Shown one piece after another: positions 7,862 to 17,395 of a DNA stretch of 44,509 bases. Source of the DNA: Candidatus Nomurabacteria bacterium RIFCSPHIGHO2_01_FULL_37_25 (GTDB taxonomy: Bacteria > Patescibacteriota > Minisyncoccia > Phycocordibacterales > UBA9973); contig MFTH01000003.1 of the NCBI GenBank assembly GCA_001786765.1, forward strand, positions 1 through 44,509, given 5' to 3'. Both the position numbers and the translations under genes were made by a program. The first letter of the stretch is position 1. Each line of letters starts with the position of its first letter. The notes beneath the pieces were generated by a model. It searched no databases. It saw nothing but the letters and a program-made list of their open reading frames with translations, and had not been told where the DNA came from.

Positions 7862-8476
7862 TTACCAAGGAAGTAAATACGCAGTAAATGATGTACACTC
7901 ATCTACAGTTCGTAAGTCCATACGGTATTTAGAACCAAGTACAAAATAATCTTGCGGTGTTGTTGTACTGGTAAATAAAGGACCCTGATCATGCCAATTA
8001 ACACCATCATTCGAATAGTGTAAGGCATAAGTAGCTGAAGCTTGATTACTATGAATAGAAATTCTTGAATACTCAGTTGTATCCATTATTTGAGAATATT
8101 CGCCCACCCAACCACCACATTTATTAACGAAAAGAGTTACTTTTTTAGCTTGCGGACCCAACTCTTCAAGATTTCCTGAATCACCCTTATCACCTTTTAA
8201 TCCTTGTGGACCTGTTTCTCCGATTGGACCTCGAGGACCAACATCGCCAGTATCGCCCTTGTCGCCTTTATCACCCTTTATACCAACAACATTCCAAGTT
8301 AATAATTGATCATTTTTTTTACAATCAGCTCTCCTGAAACCATCACCAATAACATAAACCAAGCCACTCTTTTTGGCACAGATAGTAATTTCATTACCAG
8401 TTGCTTGCGAATAAGACCAAATACCAAGAACCAGAGCGAGACTAAAAATTCCAACACCTATAATCTTCATTTTCAT
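7862..8476 (-). CDS. Secreted collagen-like protein
   Basis: Signal peptide plus 13 consecutive Gly-X-Y triplets (GIKGDK...GDSGNL). Confidence 0.8.
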   Translation of the reverse strand: MKMKIIGVGIFSLALVLGIWSYSQATGNEITICAKKSGLVYVIGDGFRRADCKKNDQLLTWNVVGIKGDKGDKGDTGDVGPRGPIGETGPQGLKGDKGDSGNLEELGPQAKKVTLFVNKCGGWVGEYSQIMDTTEYSRISIHSNQASATYALHYSNDGVNWHDQGPLFTSTTTPQDYFVLGSKYRMDLRTVDECTSFTAYLLPW

Positions 8477-8515
8477 ATAATATATTTCAACCTTAATCTA
8501 ATAATAAAATGGTAG

Positions 8516-8660
8516 CAAAAAGCCCACCACAGGTAGAGACCGAAGTCTCTCGCACAGGTTTCCCTGTACGGCAGATCGTGCAACCCCATGATGGGTTTTT
8601 TATTCACGATCTGACTTTTAACCATACCTTAAACTTTGAAATTCAAGGGTTAGGTCTCTA
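8516..8660 (-). ncRNA. Structured cis-regulatory/antisense RNA with c4-like architecture
   Basis: Minus strand has hairpins GTACAGG-GAAA-CCTGTGC and GAGAC-TTCG-GTCTC, closing stem CCCATCAT/GTGGTGGG plus U-tract, and nested complements TAGAGACC/GGTCTCTA and CAGATCGTG/CACGATCTG. Confidence 0.6.
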
Positions 8661-8804
8661 TTAAGTTTTATAATTTAATGCTATCACGGAACTGGCTAAA
8701 AATGAAGTTTTTTCGGTTTCAGACCTTGTAAAATCAGTAAAAAAGTGATATTATGTATATCACCTATACAAAAGAGTGATTTTGAATCAACCAATTCTAT
8801 CCTG

Positions 8805-8876
8805 CTCCGGGGGTAGGGATCGAACCTACGACCAATCGCTTAACAGGCGATCGCTCTACCACTGAGCTACCCCGGA
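8805..8876 (-). tRNA. tRNA-Asn(GTT)
   Basis: 72-nt cloverleaf TCCGGGG...CCCCGGAG; anticodon arm ATCGC-CTGTTAA-GCGAT; T-loop GGTTCGAT; full CCA not encoded. Confidence 0.97.
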
Positions 8877-9119
8877 ATATTTATTTTTTAATTTTTCTTT
8901 ACCATATCCTGATTTCCAATATTTTTCTCTGCTTCTCGCATAAGTTCTATTTGTCCCAGTTTTTTCAAAAAATATCTGAACCCAAGGACGAAAACCTTTT
9001 GTAGAAAAAACTTTTCCATTATTATGTTCCAACAATCTTTTTCCTGGGTTTTGGCTCATACCTACATAAATTCTATCGTCCTTTGTGCTTTTAATAGCAT
9101 AAACAAAAAATTCTTTCAT
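8856..9119 (-). CDS. Stand-alone GIY-YIG nuclease
   Basis: FVYAIKS...IYVGMS...RLLEHN...AR-REKYWK motifs; the last codons (SGVAQW*) lie inside the tRNA 5' end. Confidence 0.9.
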   Translation of the reverse strand: MKEFFVYAIKSTKDDRIYVGMSQNPGKRLLEHNNGKVFSTKGFRPWVQIFFEKTGTNRTYARSREKYWKSGYGKEKLKNKYSGVAQW

Positions 9120-9133
9120 AATTTTATGATATC

Positions 9134-9187
9134 ACAGGCGATCGCTCCCTGCCTGCCGGCAGGCAGGTACCACTGAGCTACCCCGGA
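9134..9187 (-). pseudogene. Duplicated 5' half of tRNA-Asn interrupted by a 20-bp palindrome
   Basis: Identical to the tRNA 5' half up to ...GCCTGT of the anticodon loop once 9148-9167 is removed. Confidence 0.9.
9148..9167. repeat. Perfect 20-bp palindromic element
   Basis: CCTGCCTGCC|GGCAGGCAGG. Confidence 0.9.
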
Positions 9188-9203
9188 ATATTATTTATAA
9201 TAC

Positions 9204-9250
9204 AAACTGAGAGCTGACGTTTCAGTCAGTTTCCCGACCTTGCGTCGGGA
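9204..9250. repeat. Composite hairpin element
   Basis: AAACTGA...TCAGTTT plus TCCCGAC-CTTGC-GTCGGGA, followed by a tRNA-end-like CTACCCCCGGAAT. Confidence 0.65.
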
Positions 9251-9363
9251 CTACCCCCGGAATGTATTTTAATTTATAAAGAACCTAGATTATATTAGCA
9301 GAAATTATCAAAAAAACAAAATAAAGATGGAAACTTTATGAGTTTATGCTAATATGTTTTTAT

Positions 9364-10899
9364 ATGAAGAAAAAAATAAATTTTCAAGAAATCAAATCTT
9401 TTTTATTAAAAAACAAGAAAATATCTATTCCTGTTTTTATCGCAATTATTGTTATCGTTTTTTTTGTTTTTCGCGCTTCGGAATCAGATGTTGCGAGTAT
9501 AGAATCCGTAAAATTCACTGATTTAAAGAAATCTGTGCGCGCGACCGGTCAGGTAGTTTCAGAAACTGACATAAGCCTTTCCTTCAACAAGGCAAGCGTA
9601 GTCAGATCTGTAAGAGCAAAGGTAGGGGACAAAGTTAATTCTGGGATGATTCTAGCGACACTTGACCAAGGACAAGCGTTTGCGACGCTAACAGAAGCCA
9701 AAGGCAAGTTACTAGGAGCAGAAGCAAAATACAATAAAATTTTAGAAGGGTATTCAAATGAAGAAATAATTTTAGCTGAAGTTGCCTTTAAAAATGCGCA
9801 GACAGATTTGGTAAATAAAAAAAATAATCAAATCACAGTCGTAGCGAACGCCTATCAAACATTACTCAATTCATCTATTGCGGCTTTTTCTATTTCCACA
9901 GGAGATACTCAAATCGCTCCGACTATTACTGGCACATATGTTCTAGAGAAAGAAGGAGATATAAGAATTTCCACCTATCAAGGGGGCAGTTGGTATTTCG
10001 ATGGTTTTGGTTTGGTAAATGCTTTTGGAGTTGTGAGTAGTACTACGCCTCAGCCTATTGGAGAATCCGGTTTGTATATACAATTTCCAACCACTTTTAC
10101 TCAAGGTAACTGGATTATTTCTATTCCAAATAAAAAAGCGACAAATTATTTAACAAATTACAATGCATACAAGAGCGCCATTGAAGACCAGACTATCATC
10201 GTCGCAACTGCGCAATCTCTTGTTGACCAAAGACAAGCAGAACTTAACCTTAAAAAAGCAGTTGCTAGAAATACTGATGTGGATATTGCCAAAGCAGAAG
10301 TCTTGTCAGCCGAAGGCGCTTTACAATCCGCGCAGTCTTTGTATGAAGATACTATTATCCGCGCTGGGACTTCTGGCACAATCACCAAAGTTGATATAAA
10401 ATACGGCGAACTTTCTGAGATAGGCAAGCCAGTGATTACTTTAGAGGATGTGGGCAATTTATATATTGAAGCTCTGATTAACGAAGCTAACATCGCTTAT
10501 TTAAAAATGGGTCAAAGCGTCAGTATTACTTTTGACGCTTTTGGTAAGGATAAGAATTTTACTGGAGTAATAGCTCATATAGACCCATCAGCAGAGACAA
10601 ATAATGGCGTTGTTAATTATAAAATTAAAGTTTCTTTGAATGAAAAGGATGAAACTATTCGTCCCGGGATGAATGCTAATATTGATATCTTGGCGGGGCA
10701 AGTATCTAATGTTTTGGCAATACCATATATTGCTATAAATAAAAAAGACGGGAAATATTTCGTGGATTTTATTACTAATGAAAAAAATAAAAAATACGAA
10801 GATAGGGAAGTCCAAATTGGTTTCTTGGGGGACAATAATTTGGTTGAAATAACTTCAGGCTTGAAGGCTGATGATAAAGTAGCTCTTAGAAAAGATTAA
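9364..10899 (+). CDS. HlyD/MacA-family periplasmic adaptor subunit
   Basis: N-terminal TM, VRAKVGDKVNSG lipoyl half, long coiled coil, IRPGMNANIDI and LVEITSGL; start moved to MKKK at 9364. Confidence 0.9.
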   Translation: MKKKINFQEIKSFLLKNKKISIPVFIAIIVIVFFVFRASESDVASIESVKFTDLKKSVRATGQVVSETDISLSFNKASVVRSVRAKVGDKVNSGMILATLDQGQAFATLTEAKGKLLGAEAKYNKILEGYSNEEIILAEVAFKNAQTDLVNKKNNQITVVANAYQTLLNSSIAAFSISTGDTQIAPTITGTYVLEKEGDIRISTYQGGSWYFDGFGLVNAFGVVSSTTPQPIGESGLYIQFPTTFTQGNWIISIPNKKATNYLTNYNAYKSAIEDQTIIVATAQSLVDQRQAELNLKKAVARNTDVDIAKAEVLSAEGALQSAQSLYEDTIIRAGTSGTITKVDIKYGELSEIGKPVITLEDVGNLYIEALINEANIAYLKMGQSVSITFDAFGKDKNFTGVIAHIDPSAETNNGVVNYKIKVSLNEKDETIRPGMNANIDILAGQVSNVLAIPYIAINKKDGKYFVDFITNEKNKKYEDREVQIGFLGDNNLVEITSGLKADDKVALRKD

Positions 10900-12179
10900 T
10901 GGATGAAAAAATAATAAAAATAGAAAATTCTTTTTCGCAAAATTTTAGCGTTGGATGGTTTTTAGCATGGCGGGACATAAAGCATGCGAACAAGTGGACG
11001 ACATCTCTTATTGTTTTCGTGATGACTTTAACTTTTCTGAATCTGATAGTTGTTTCTGGTATCTTGATAGGTTTAATCCAAGGTTCCGAAGATGCCGCCA
11101 AGAGATATGCCATCGGTGATGTCGTCATATCTCCTTTTTTGAATCGTTCAGCCATCGAACAGACTCCAAGGGTGGAAGAAATTATCAAAACTATTTCAGG
11201 ATATGAAAAACACACTGTTCGGTATTCTGGTTCAGCGACTGTTTCTTCAAATTATAGAGAAACGATAAAGCCGGGAGACAAGCCTGATAACATAGGAGCA
11301 ATACTAATGGGTATTGACCCGGCGCAAGAAGAAGAATTTTCTGGTATTTCAAAATTTGTTGTTCGTGGTCAATATTTACAAAACACTGACCAAGACAGCG
11401 TCCTAATTGGCAAGAATCTCTTGTATGAATTCACACCGATTGAAGCTCCCGGTTTCCAAACTTTAAAAAATGTAACCATAGGACAGAGAGTAGAAATAAC
11501 TGTCGGTGGTTATGCTAAAGAGTATTTTATTAAAGGCATAATTATGAGTAAGGTAGATGATTTTGATACTTCGATAGTAGCGCTCGCGAGCGAAGTGCGG
11601 AAGCTCACCGGCAGGACGGATTTGAATGCTGGAACAATAGCCATAAAATTGATGCCAGAAGCTGATCCTATTTTAGCGCGAGATTTTCTTTTGAAATCCG
11701 GAGTCGGCGCGTACGCTCGAGTCCAGACAGCGGAAGAAGCTTTTCCAAAGTTTTTGAAAGATATCAAGGCGACTTTCGGTATTCTCGGCACCGCTATCTC
11801 TAGCATTGGTCTTGTCGTAGCTTCGATTACGATATTTATCGTTATCTTTGTGAATGCTATCACTAGTCGCAGGTATATAGGTATTTTGAAAGGTATTGGC
11901 ATAAATCAAAAAGCGATACTTTATTCTTATATGTATCAAGCTTGCATTTACGCTTCCTTTGGAATTATTTTCGGAATGATATTGATTTTCTTTTTTATCA
12001 AACCTTATTTTTACGCTCATCCGATAAACTTTCCTTTTTCTGACGGTATATTGGTTGCTACGATGCCTTCTTCACTTTTACGAGCTGGAGTTTTACTCAT
12101 CACGACAATAATCGCGGGATATATTCCAGCGCGCATTGTTATTAAACAAAATACCTTAAGCGCTATTTTAGGAAGATAA
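10899..12179 (+). CDS. ABC transporter permease (MacB/FtsX family)
   Basis: TM1, large extracellular domain, YIGILKGIG motif, three C-terminal TMs. Confidence 0.9.
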   Translation: MDEKIIKIENSFSQNFSVGWFLAWRDIKHANKWTTSLIVFVMTLTFLNLIVVSGILIGLIQGSEDAAKRYAIGDVVISPFLNRSAIEQTPRVEEIIKTISGYEKHTVRYSGSATVSSNYRETIKPGDKPDNIGAILMGIDPAQEEEFSGISKFVVRGQYLQNTDQDSVLIGKNLLYEFTPIEAPGFQTLKNVTIGQRVEITVGGYAKEYFIKGIIMSKVDDFDTSIVALASEVRKLTGRTDLNAGTIAIKLMPEADPILARDFLLKSGVGAYARVQTAEEAFPKFLKDIKATFGILGTAISSIGLVVASITIFIVIFVNAITSRRYIGILKGIGINQKAILYSYMYQACIYASFGIIFGMILIFFFIKPYFYAHPINFPFSDGILVATMPSSLLRAGVLLITTIIAGYIPARIVIKQNTLSAILGR

Positions 12180-12185
12180 AAATAT

Positions 12186-12875
12186 ATGTTAGAAATAAAA
12201 AATCTTACAAAAATATTCAAGAGTGGAGATGAAAAAATTATTGCAGTTAATAATTTATCTTTTTTTGTTCCGGCTGGTCAATTTTTAACAGTTACCGGCA
12301 GATCCGGTTCAGGCAAATCCACTCTTTTATATCAACTCGGACTGCTTGATATGCCGACTTCGGGGCAAGTCTTGATTGATGGTATAGACTTGGTGGCTAT
12401 TCCTGAAAAAGAACGTACTACGATACGCTTGAATGACCTCGGATATATCTTTCAAGATTATGCTATTCTGCCTTCTCTTTCGGCGTTAGAGAATACTATG
12501 CTTCCGCTTTTAATGCAGGGTTATGATTTTGAAAAAGCGAAATTAAAAGCCCAGAAAGCTATCTCTAAAGTCGGTCTTTCTGATCGTGAGAATAATTTAC
12601 CGAGCCAGCTTTCTGGCGGGCAACAACAGCGTGTTTCTATAGCTCGAGCTATTGCTCATAATCCAAAAATAATTTTCGCAGACGAACCGACAGCCAATTT
12701 GGATTCGGAAACTTCCGAGCAGGTGATGCGGGTATTTTTGGAATTAAACAGAGAAGGGCAGACTATAATAATGGTTACTCACGAAGAAGGTTATGCTCAT
12801 TTGTCACATCGTACTATTACTATGGTTGACGGTTCTATTACCAGCGACATTTTAAATAAAAAAAATATCACTTAA
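12186..12875 (+). CDS. ABC transporter ATP-binding protein (LolD/MacB type)
   Basis: Walker [10 protein letters not shown], signature LSGGQQQR, Walker B IIFADEP, H-loop VTH. Confidence 0.95.
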   Translation: MLEIKNLTKIFKSGDEKIIAVNNLSFFVPAGQFLTVTGRSGSGKSTLLYQLGLLDMPTSGQVLIDGIDLVAIPEKERTTIRLNDLGYIFQDYAILPSLSALENTMLPLLMQGYDFEKAKLKAQKAISKVGLSDRENNLPSQLSGGQQQRVSIARAIAHNPKIIFADEPTANLDSETSEQVMRVFLELNREGQTIIMVTHEEGYAHLSHRTITMVDGSITSDILNKKNIT

Positions 12876-12904
12876 CTTTATTAAATTTGTTGTATAATAT
12901 AAAT

Positions 12905-13441
12905 ATGGAGAAATTAAAATTTTTATTGTTTTCAATTCTTACCTTATCATTGATGGGGTTCGCGGGATATTGGGCTGTCGTTACTTTGCAGTCGGGGACT
13001 GAACATGTGGCAGATCAAAAAATAAAACAATTAGAGAAAGAAAATAAAGATTTAAAAAGTGAAATAGAAAAATATAAAAACGAACTTAGCGTTTTTCAAT
13101 CTAAATTAGGAGAATCTATAAATAGCGTGAAAAAAGAGCCAGAACCGGAGCCAAAACCAGAAGCGGTTATCTATAAATATCAAGATATTATTACTGAGCT
13201 TCAAAAACTAATAAATGATAATGTTTCTCTAAAACAGAAGTCTAGTGGTTCTAGTGTTGGTATTGTGCAGAAATTCCTAAATATTTATAATAATACTTCA
13301 AATAAAGTGGACAATGATTATGGCGCAAGCACAGAGAAAGCTGTGATGGCCTTTCAGAGAAAAGAGGGATTAAATGCGGACGGTGAAGCTGGTCCTAATA
13401 CTTTTAAAAAAATGATAGATTGGCTAAAAAAACAGAAGTAG
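12905..13441 (+). CDS. TM/coiled-coil protein with a C-terminal peptidoglycan-binding domain
   Basis: VGIVQKFL...DNDYGASTEKAVMAFQRKEGLNADGEAGPNT is PG_binding_1-like. Confidence 0.85.
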   Translation: MEKLKFLLFSILTLSLMGFAGYWAVVTLQSGTEHVADQKIKQLEKENKDLKSEIEKYKNELSVFQSKLGESINSVKKEPEPEPKPEAVIYKYQDIITELQKLINDNVSLKQKSSGSSVGIVQKFLNIYNNTSNKVDNDYGASTEKAVMAFQRKEGLNADGEAGPNTFKKMIDWLKKQK

Positions 13442-13493
13442 TTTTTCCTAATGAACATTATACATAAGTTAGTAAATATGCTATACTGACATC

Positions 13494-13619
13494 ATGGCAA
13501 AAAGAAACACTACACTTAGTCCTAGAAATAGATCTAGACATTCTCATAAAACCAAGAAGCGACTTGGAATTAAAAAATTGATGCTAGACAAGAAAGCTCT
13601 ACGCAAGAAATTTAGATAG
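13494..13619 (+). CDS. 41-aa highly basic small protein (not in the ORF track)
   Basis: MAKRNTTLSPRNRSRHSHKTKKRLGIKKLMLDKKALRKKFR*; TGcTATACT lies 6 nt upstream of the ATG. Confidence 0.6.
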   Translation: MAKRNTTLSPRNRSRHSHKTKKRLGIKKLMLDKKALRKKFR

Positions 13620-13640
13620 TTTTATTTTCTATAAGAAAAA

Positions 13641-14003
13641 GTGTTTAAAAATAAATTAACACCAGAAGAAGAAAAGGTAATAATAGACAAAGGTACAGAG
13701 ATGCCTTTTGCGGGGGAGTATTGTAAAAATACTGAAAATGGCTTGTATGTCTGCCGACAGTGCGATGCTCCGCTCTATACTTCCAAACAAAAATTTGAAT
13801 CTACGTGTGGCTGGCCTTCTTTTGATGATGAAATTTCCGGCGCAGTGCATAAGAGTGTGGATGCCGATGGTATGCGTACTGAGATAACTTGCGCAAAATG
13901 TGGCGGGCATCTAGGACATTTATTTACTGGAGAACATTTAACAGAAAAAAATATTAGACACTGCGTGAATTCAATATCAATGAAATTTATTCCGGGAAAA
14001 TAA
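13641..14003 (+). CDS. msrB: Peptide-methionine (R)-S-oxide reductase
   Basis: [34 protein letters not shown]. Confidence 0.95.
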   Translation: MFKNKLTPEEEKVIIDKGTEMPFAGEYCKNTENGLYVCRQCDAPLYTSKQKFESTCGWPSFDDEISGAVHKSVDADGMRTEITCAKCGGHLGHLFTGEHLTEKNIRHCVNSISMKFIPGK

Positions 14004-14007
14004 AAAT

Positions 14008-14496
14008 ATGACAAAAAAAATCGTACTAGCGGGAGGGTGCTTTTGGGGACTGGAAGATTTAATAAGGAAACAGGTGGGTGTGGTAAACACTACCGTCGGC
14101 TATACGGGTGGGAGTGTTTTAAACCCGACTTATGAGAATCATGAAGGTCATGCGGAGGCGGTGGAGATAGAATATGATAGCGAAAAAACCTCATACCGAA
14201 AATTGCTTGATTTCTTTTTTCAAATTCACAATCCCACTACTTTAAATCAACAGGGTAATGACCGAGGCGCTTCATACCGTTCGGCAATATTCTATGCTAA
14301 TGAAGAAGAAAAAAAAGAAGCTCTGAATTTTATAGATATTGTGAATAAGTCTCTGCGTTGGAAGGATAGAGTAGTCACGACTTTAGAACCTTTAGAAAAA
14401 TTCTATCCTGCGGAAGATTATCATCAGGATTATTTAGAGAAAAACCCGGGCGGATATACTTGTCATGCCATATACTTTGATAGTTATTTAAAATAA
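14008..14496 (+). CDS. msrA: Peptide-methionine (S)-S-oxide reductase
   Basis: [31 protein letters not shown]. Confidence 0.95.
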   Translation: MTKKIVLAGGCFWGLEDLIRKQVGVVNTTVGYTGGSVLNPTYENHEGHAEAVEIEYDSEKTSYRKLLDFFFQIHNPTTLNQQGNDRGASYRSAIFYANEEEKKEALNFIDIVNKSLRWKDRVVTTLEPLEKFYPAEDYHQDYLEKNPGGYTCHAIYFDSYLK

Positions 14497-14507
14497 ACGT
14501 ATGGTAT

Positions 14508-14777
14508 TCACTTTTCGGTTTTTTTTGAATATACATCTATAATATCTTTGAGTGTTTTTCTTGCTATGGGTTCAGTGATTACATTTTCATCTAAATATCT
14601 TTGTGCTTCCCTCATGTAAAAATCCCTTATATTGTTTCCTTTTTCATCTTTACATGGCTCCATTATATGTCCACTGATAAATAAAACAATTTGCATATCA
14701 GTTGGTTTTTCAGGTCCAGGATTTTTCTCCATAGATGACATAATTTTAATTATATATGATATGATAAATATATACAA
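14508..14777 (-). CDS. Hypothetical protein (likely start at 14741)
   Basis: ORF fills the intergenic gap; no motif recognised. Confidence 0.55.
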   Translation of the reverse strand: MYIFIISYIIKIMSSMEKNPGPEKPTDMQIVLFISGHIMEPCKDEKGNNIRDFYMREAQRYLDENVITEPIARKTLKDIIDVYSKKTEK

Positions 14778-14826
14778 ATAAATTTATCATGGAATAAATA
14801 GAAAGGTAATATAATGGTTATATATT

Positions 14827-16221
14827 ATGAACAGAAAATCTTTACCTAGAAAATCTAAAAAAAATACTGCTTTCGATTCGACAATTTTTCTCGCGTATGA
14901 TATCCGGGGAATTTATCCAGAGCAGATTAATCCTGAGATAGTTTATAAAATTGCCCAGGCTTATGCCAAGTTTCTAAATCCTAAGACAATAGCTTTAGGT
15001 CGCGACGTTAGACTTTCTGGTCCCGAATTATTGGCAGCGGTAAAACAAGGACTGCTTGATCATGGTGTGGATGTAATTGATATTGGTGTAGTTAGTACCG
15101 AAATGCTTTATTTTGCGGTTGCTGATTTAGGGTTGGATGGTGGGATTACAATTTCGGCTTCACACAACGTTATGGAATATAACGGACTGAAAATTACCCG
15201 AGAAAATGCATTACCCATTTCAGTAAATTCTGGACTTGAGGATATTAAGAGAATTGTTCTTGACAATTATAATTATAACAGTGATGTGAAAGGAATGGAA
15301 ACCAGTAAGGATATCACCAAAGATTATTTGGAGAAATGTCTATCTTTTGTTGATATTAGCAAAATTAAAAAACTGAAAGTCGTAGCTAATGCTATGTTTG
15401 GTCTAGCTCTTCAGAATATTAAAAAAATAAATCTACCAATAGAATTAATCCTCCTAAATGATATTCCAGACGGACATTTTCCAAAAGGTCAACCAAACCC
15501 TCTGCTTCCCGAACAACAGATCGAAATAATTGAAACTATAAAAGCAACTCGTCCAGATTTTGGAGTTGCTTGGGACGGCGACGGGGATAGATTTTTTATT
15601 TTTGATGAAAAAGGTCGCTTTATCCCGCCGTATTATGTATTGGCATTTCTAACACGATATTTCTGCTCCAAATTTTCTAATGCCAAAGTTGTGCATGATT
15701 TGCGGCTGGCTTGGGCTATTGAAGACGAAGCTCGGGCAGTGGGAGCAAAAACTATTCAAAGTAAGGCAGGTTATCCATATGTACGAAAACTCATGCGCGA
15801 CAACGAAGCCTTAATAGGCTGTGAGACTTCAGGACATATGTTTTTTAAAGATTTTTTTTATACAGATAACGGTCTTATACCATTTTTAATAATGCTGGAG
15901 ATTGTGTCAGAATTAGGGGAGAAAACTTCAAAACTATTTGATAAATATTTTGAAAATTACCCGATTTCGGGCGAGATCAATATAAAGATTATGGGTCATA
16001 ACCAAGTTCAACTAATTTTAGAAAGACTAGAGCAACATTTCGTTCAAAATTCTGATATTAGCGTCAATAAAATTGATGGAATAAGTTTTGAGCATCCGAA
16101 ATGGCGGGCGAACATTAGGGGGTCAAATACAGAGCCATTTGTGCGAATGAACGTAGAAGCAAAAACTCAAGAAATTTTAAAACAAAAAACGGAAGAGCTG
16201 CTGGAATTAATAAGAAAGTAA
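14827..16221 (+). CDS. Phosphomannomutase/phosphoglucomutase
   Basis: AYDIRG, SASHN, WDGDGDR, GCETSGH, RGSNTEP. Confidence 0.95.
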   Translation: MNRKSLPRKSKKNTAFDSTIFLAYDIRGIYPEQINPEIVYKIAQAYAKFLNPKTIALGRDVRLSGPELLAAVKQGLLDHGVDVIDIGVVSTEMLYFAVADLGLDGGITISASHNVMEYNGLKITRENALPISVNSGLEDIKRIVLDNYNYNSDVKGMETSKDITKDYLEKCLSFVDISKIKKLKVVANAMFGLALQNIKKINLPIELILLNDIPDGHFPKGQPNPLLPEQQIEIIETIKATRPDFGVAWDGDGDRFFIFDEKGRFIPPYYVLAFLTRYFCSKFSNAKVVHDLRLAWAIEDEARAVGAKTIQSKAGYPYVRKLMRDNEALIGCETSGHMFFKDFFYTDNGLIPFLIMLEIVSELGEKTSKLFDKYFENYPISGEINIKIMGHNQVQLILERLEQHFVQNSDISVNKIDGISFEHPKWRANIRGSNTEPFVRMNVEAKTQEILKQKTEELLELIRK

Positions 16222-16247
16222 AATTTTGGTATAATTATCTTTGATAT

Positions 16248-16649
16248 ATGATTAAAGGATTTACATGTGGAGCGCTCGATTTACTGCATGCGGGACATGT
16301 CTTGATGTTGAAAGAGTGCAGGGCTCAGTGCGATTATTTAATCGTGGGTCTTGAAATCGATCCATCAGTAGATAGATCTTGGAAAAAGAAGCCTATTGAA
16401 ACTCTAGAAGAAAGAAGAATCCGACTAGAGGGTTGTAAATATGTGGATGAAATAATTACATATACTGATGAAGTTGATCTTTATAACCTTTTAAAGAAAC
16501 TAAATCCCGATGTACGCTTTATGGGCGCGGACTGGAAAGACAAGCCGAATTACTCCAGAGATAAATTGCCTGATATGAAAGTTGTTTATAACAGTCGAGA
16601 TCACAAATTCAGCAGTAGTAATTTAAGGGAAAGGATAAAAAACCAATAA
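16248..16649 (+). CDS. HIGH-motif nucleotidyltransferase (TagD/RfaE-C cytidylyl/adenylyltransferase-like)
   Basis: GALDLLHAGH, MGADW, FSSSNLR. Confidence 0.85.
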   Translation: MIKGFTCGALDLLHAGHVLMLKECRAQCDYLIVGLEIDPSVDRSWKKKPIETLEERRIRLEGCKYVDEIITYTDEVDLYNLLKKLNPDVRFMGADWKDKPNYSRDKLPDMKVVYNSRDHKFSSSNLRERIKNQ

Positions 16650-16701
16650 ATAGAAACAGGACGGATTGTTTCTCTGGTTTAAAAATGCTATATTTATTAA
16701 T

Positions 16702-17277
16702 ATGGATAAAGCTTTTGCGGTACGCACACAAGAGGAAATGCTGGATGTTTTGATGACTCCGGAATCTAGCGGACCGGATGTTCACTATTTTATGATTCGG
16801 GGAGGCAGTGAGAAAAAAAATATTACTATCTGGCAAGCCGGATTAGTCGGCGAAGAATATATTAAAACTTACGGGCATTATCATGTTAGTGATTTTATAG
16901 AAACTTACACAGTGCTTGCGGGTGAGGGAATAATTCTTTTACAAAATAGAAAAATAAATGAGAAAGGAATTTTAATTGATGACGAGGTGGAAGAGGCGCG
17001 GGCGATTTTTGTCAAAGCCGGTAGCGTTGTGCAAATACCTAAAAATGCTGGGCATCTTGCTGTAAACACAGGGGAATCATGGCTGGTAACATCAGACGAT
17101 AGTCCAGTTAATTTAAATAAAATGAACGAAGCCGCTTGGCCTGTGCATGCGGATTATGAGCCAGTCAGGAAACTCCACGGTTTTGCTTATTATGTCGTGA
17201 AAAAAAATGGCAAGCCTTTTTTTATTAAAAACGAAAACTATAAAAATGTTCCCGAAATCATTATAGAAAACGCATAA
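16702..17277 (+). CDS. Cupin-type (archaeal-like) glucose-6-phosphate isomerase family protein
   Basis: EYIKTYGHYH...ETYTVLAGEGIILLQ and GHLAVNTG. Confidence 0.8.
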   Translation: MDKAFAVRTQEEMLDVLMTPESSGPDVHYFMIRGGSEKKNITIWQAGLVGEEYIKTYGHYHVSDFIETYTVLAGEGIILLQNRKINEKGILIDDEVEEARAIFVKAGSVVQIPKNAGHLAVNTGESWLVTSDDSPVNLNKMNEAAWPVHADYEPVRKLHGFAYYVVKKNGKPFFIKNENYKNVPEIIIENA

Positions 17278-17395
17278 TCCCGTTAGAAGTCGCGATCGCG
17301 TTTAATTAATATAAATATGAAAGAAGATATAAATAAAATTAATAGCATAATTTATCAGATGCGAAATACGATCGCGATCTGCTTCTAAACGGGAT
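17277..17395. mobile_element. CCCGTTAGA/TCTAACGGG miniature element, copy upstream of glgA
   Basis: TIR ATCCCGTTAGAAG...CTTCTAAACGGGAT overlaps the glgA ATG; internal uORF at 17317..17388. Confidence 0.85.

Noticed and set aside
9134-9263. Additional functional tRNA genes
   Set aside because: Only 5' fragments are present, interrupted by palindromes, with no T-arm or 3' acceptor strand.
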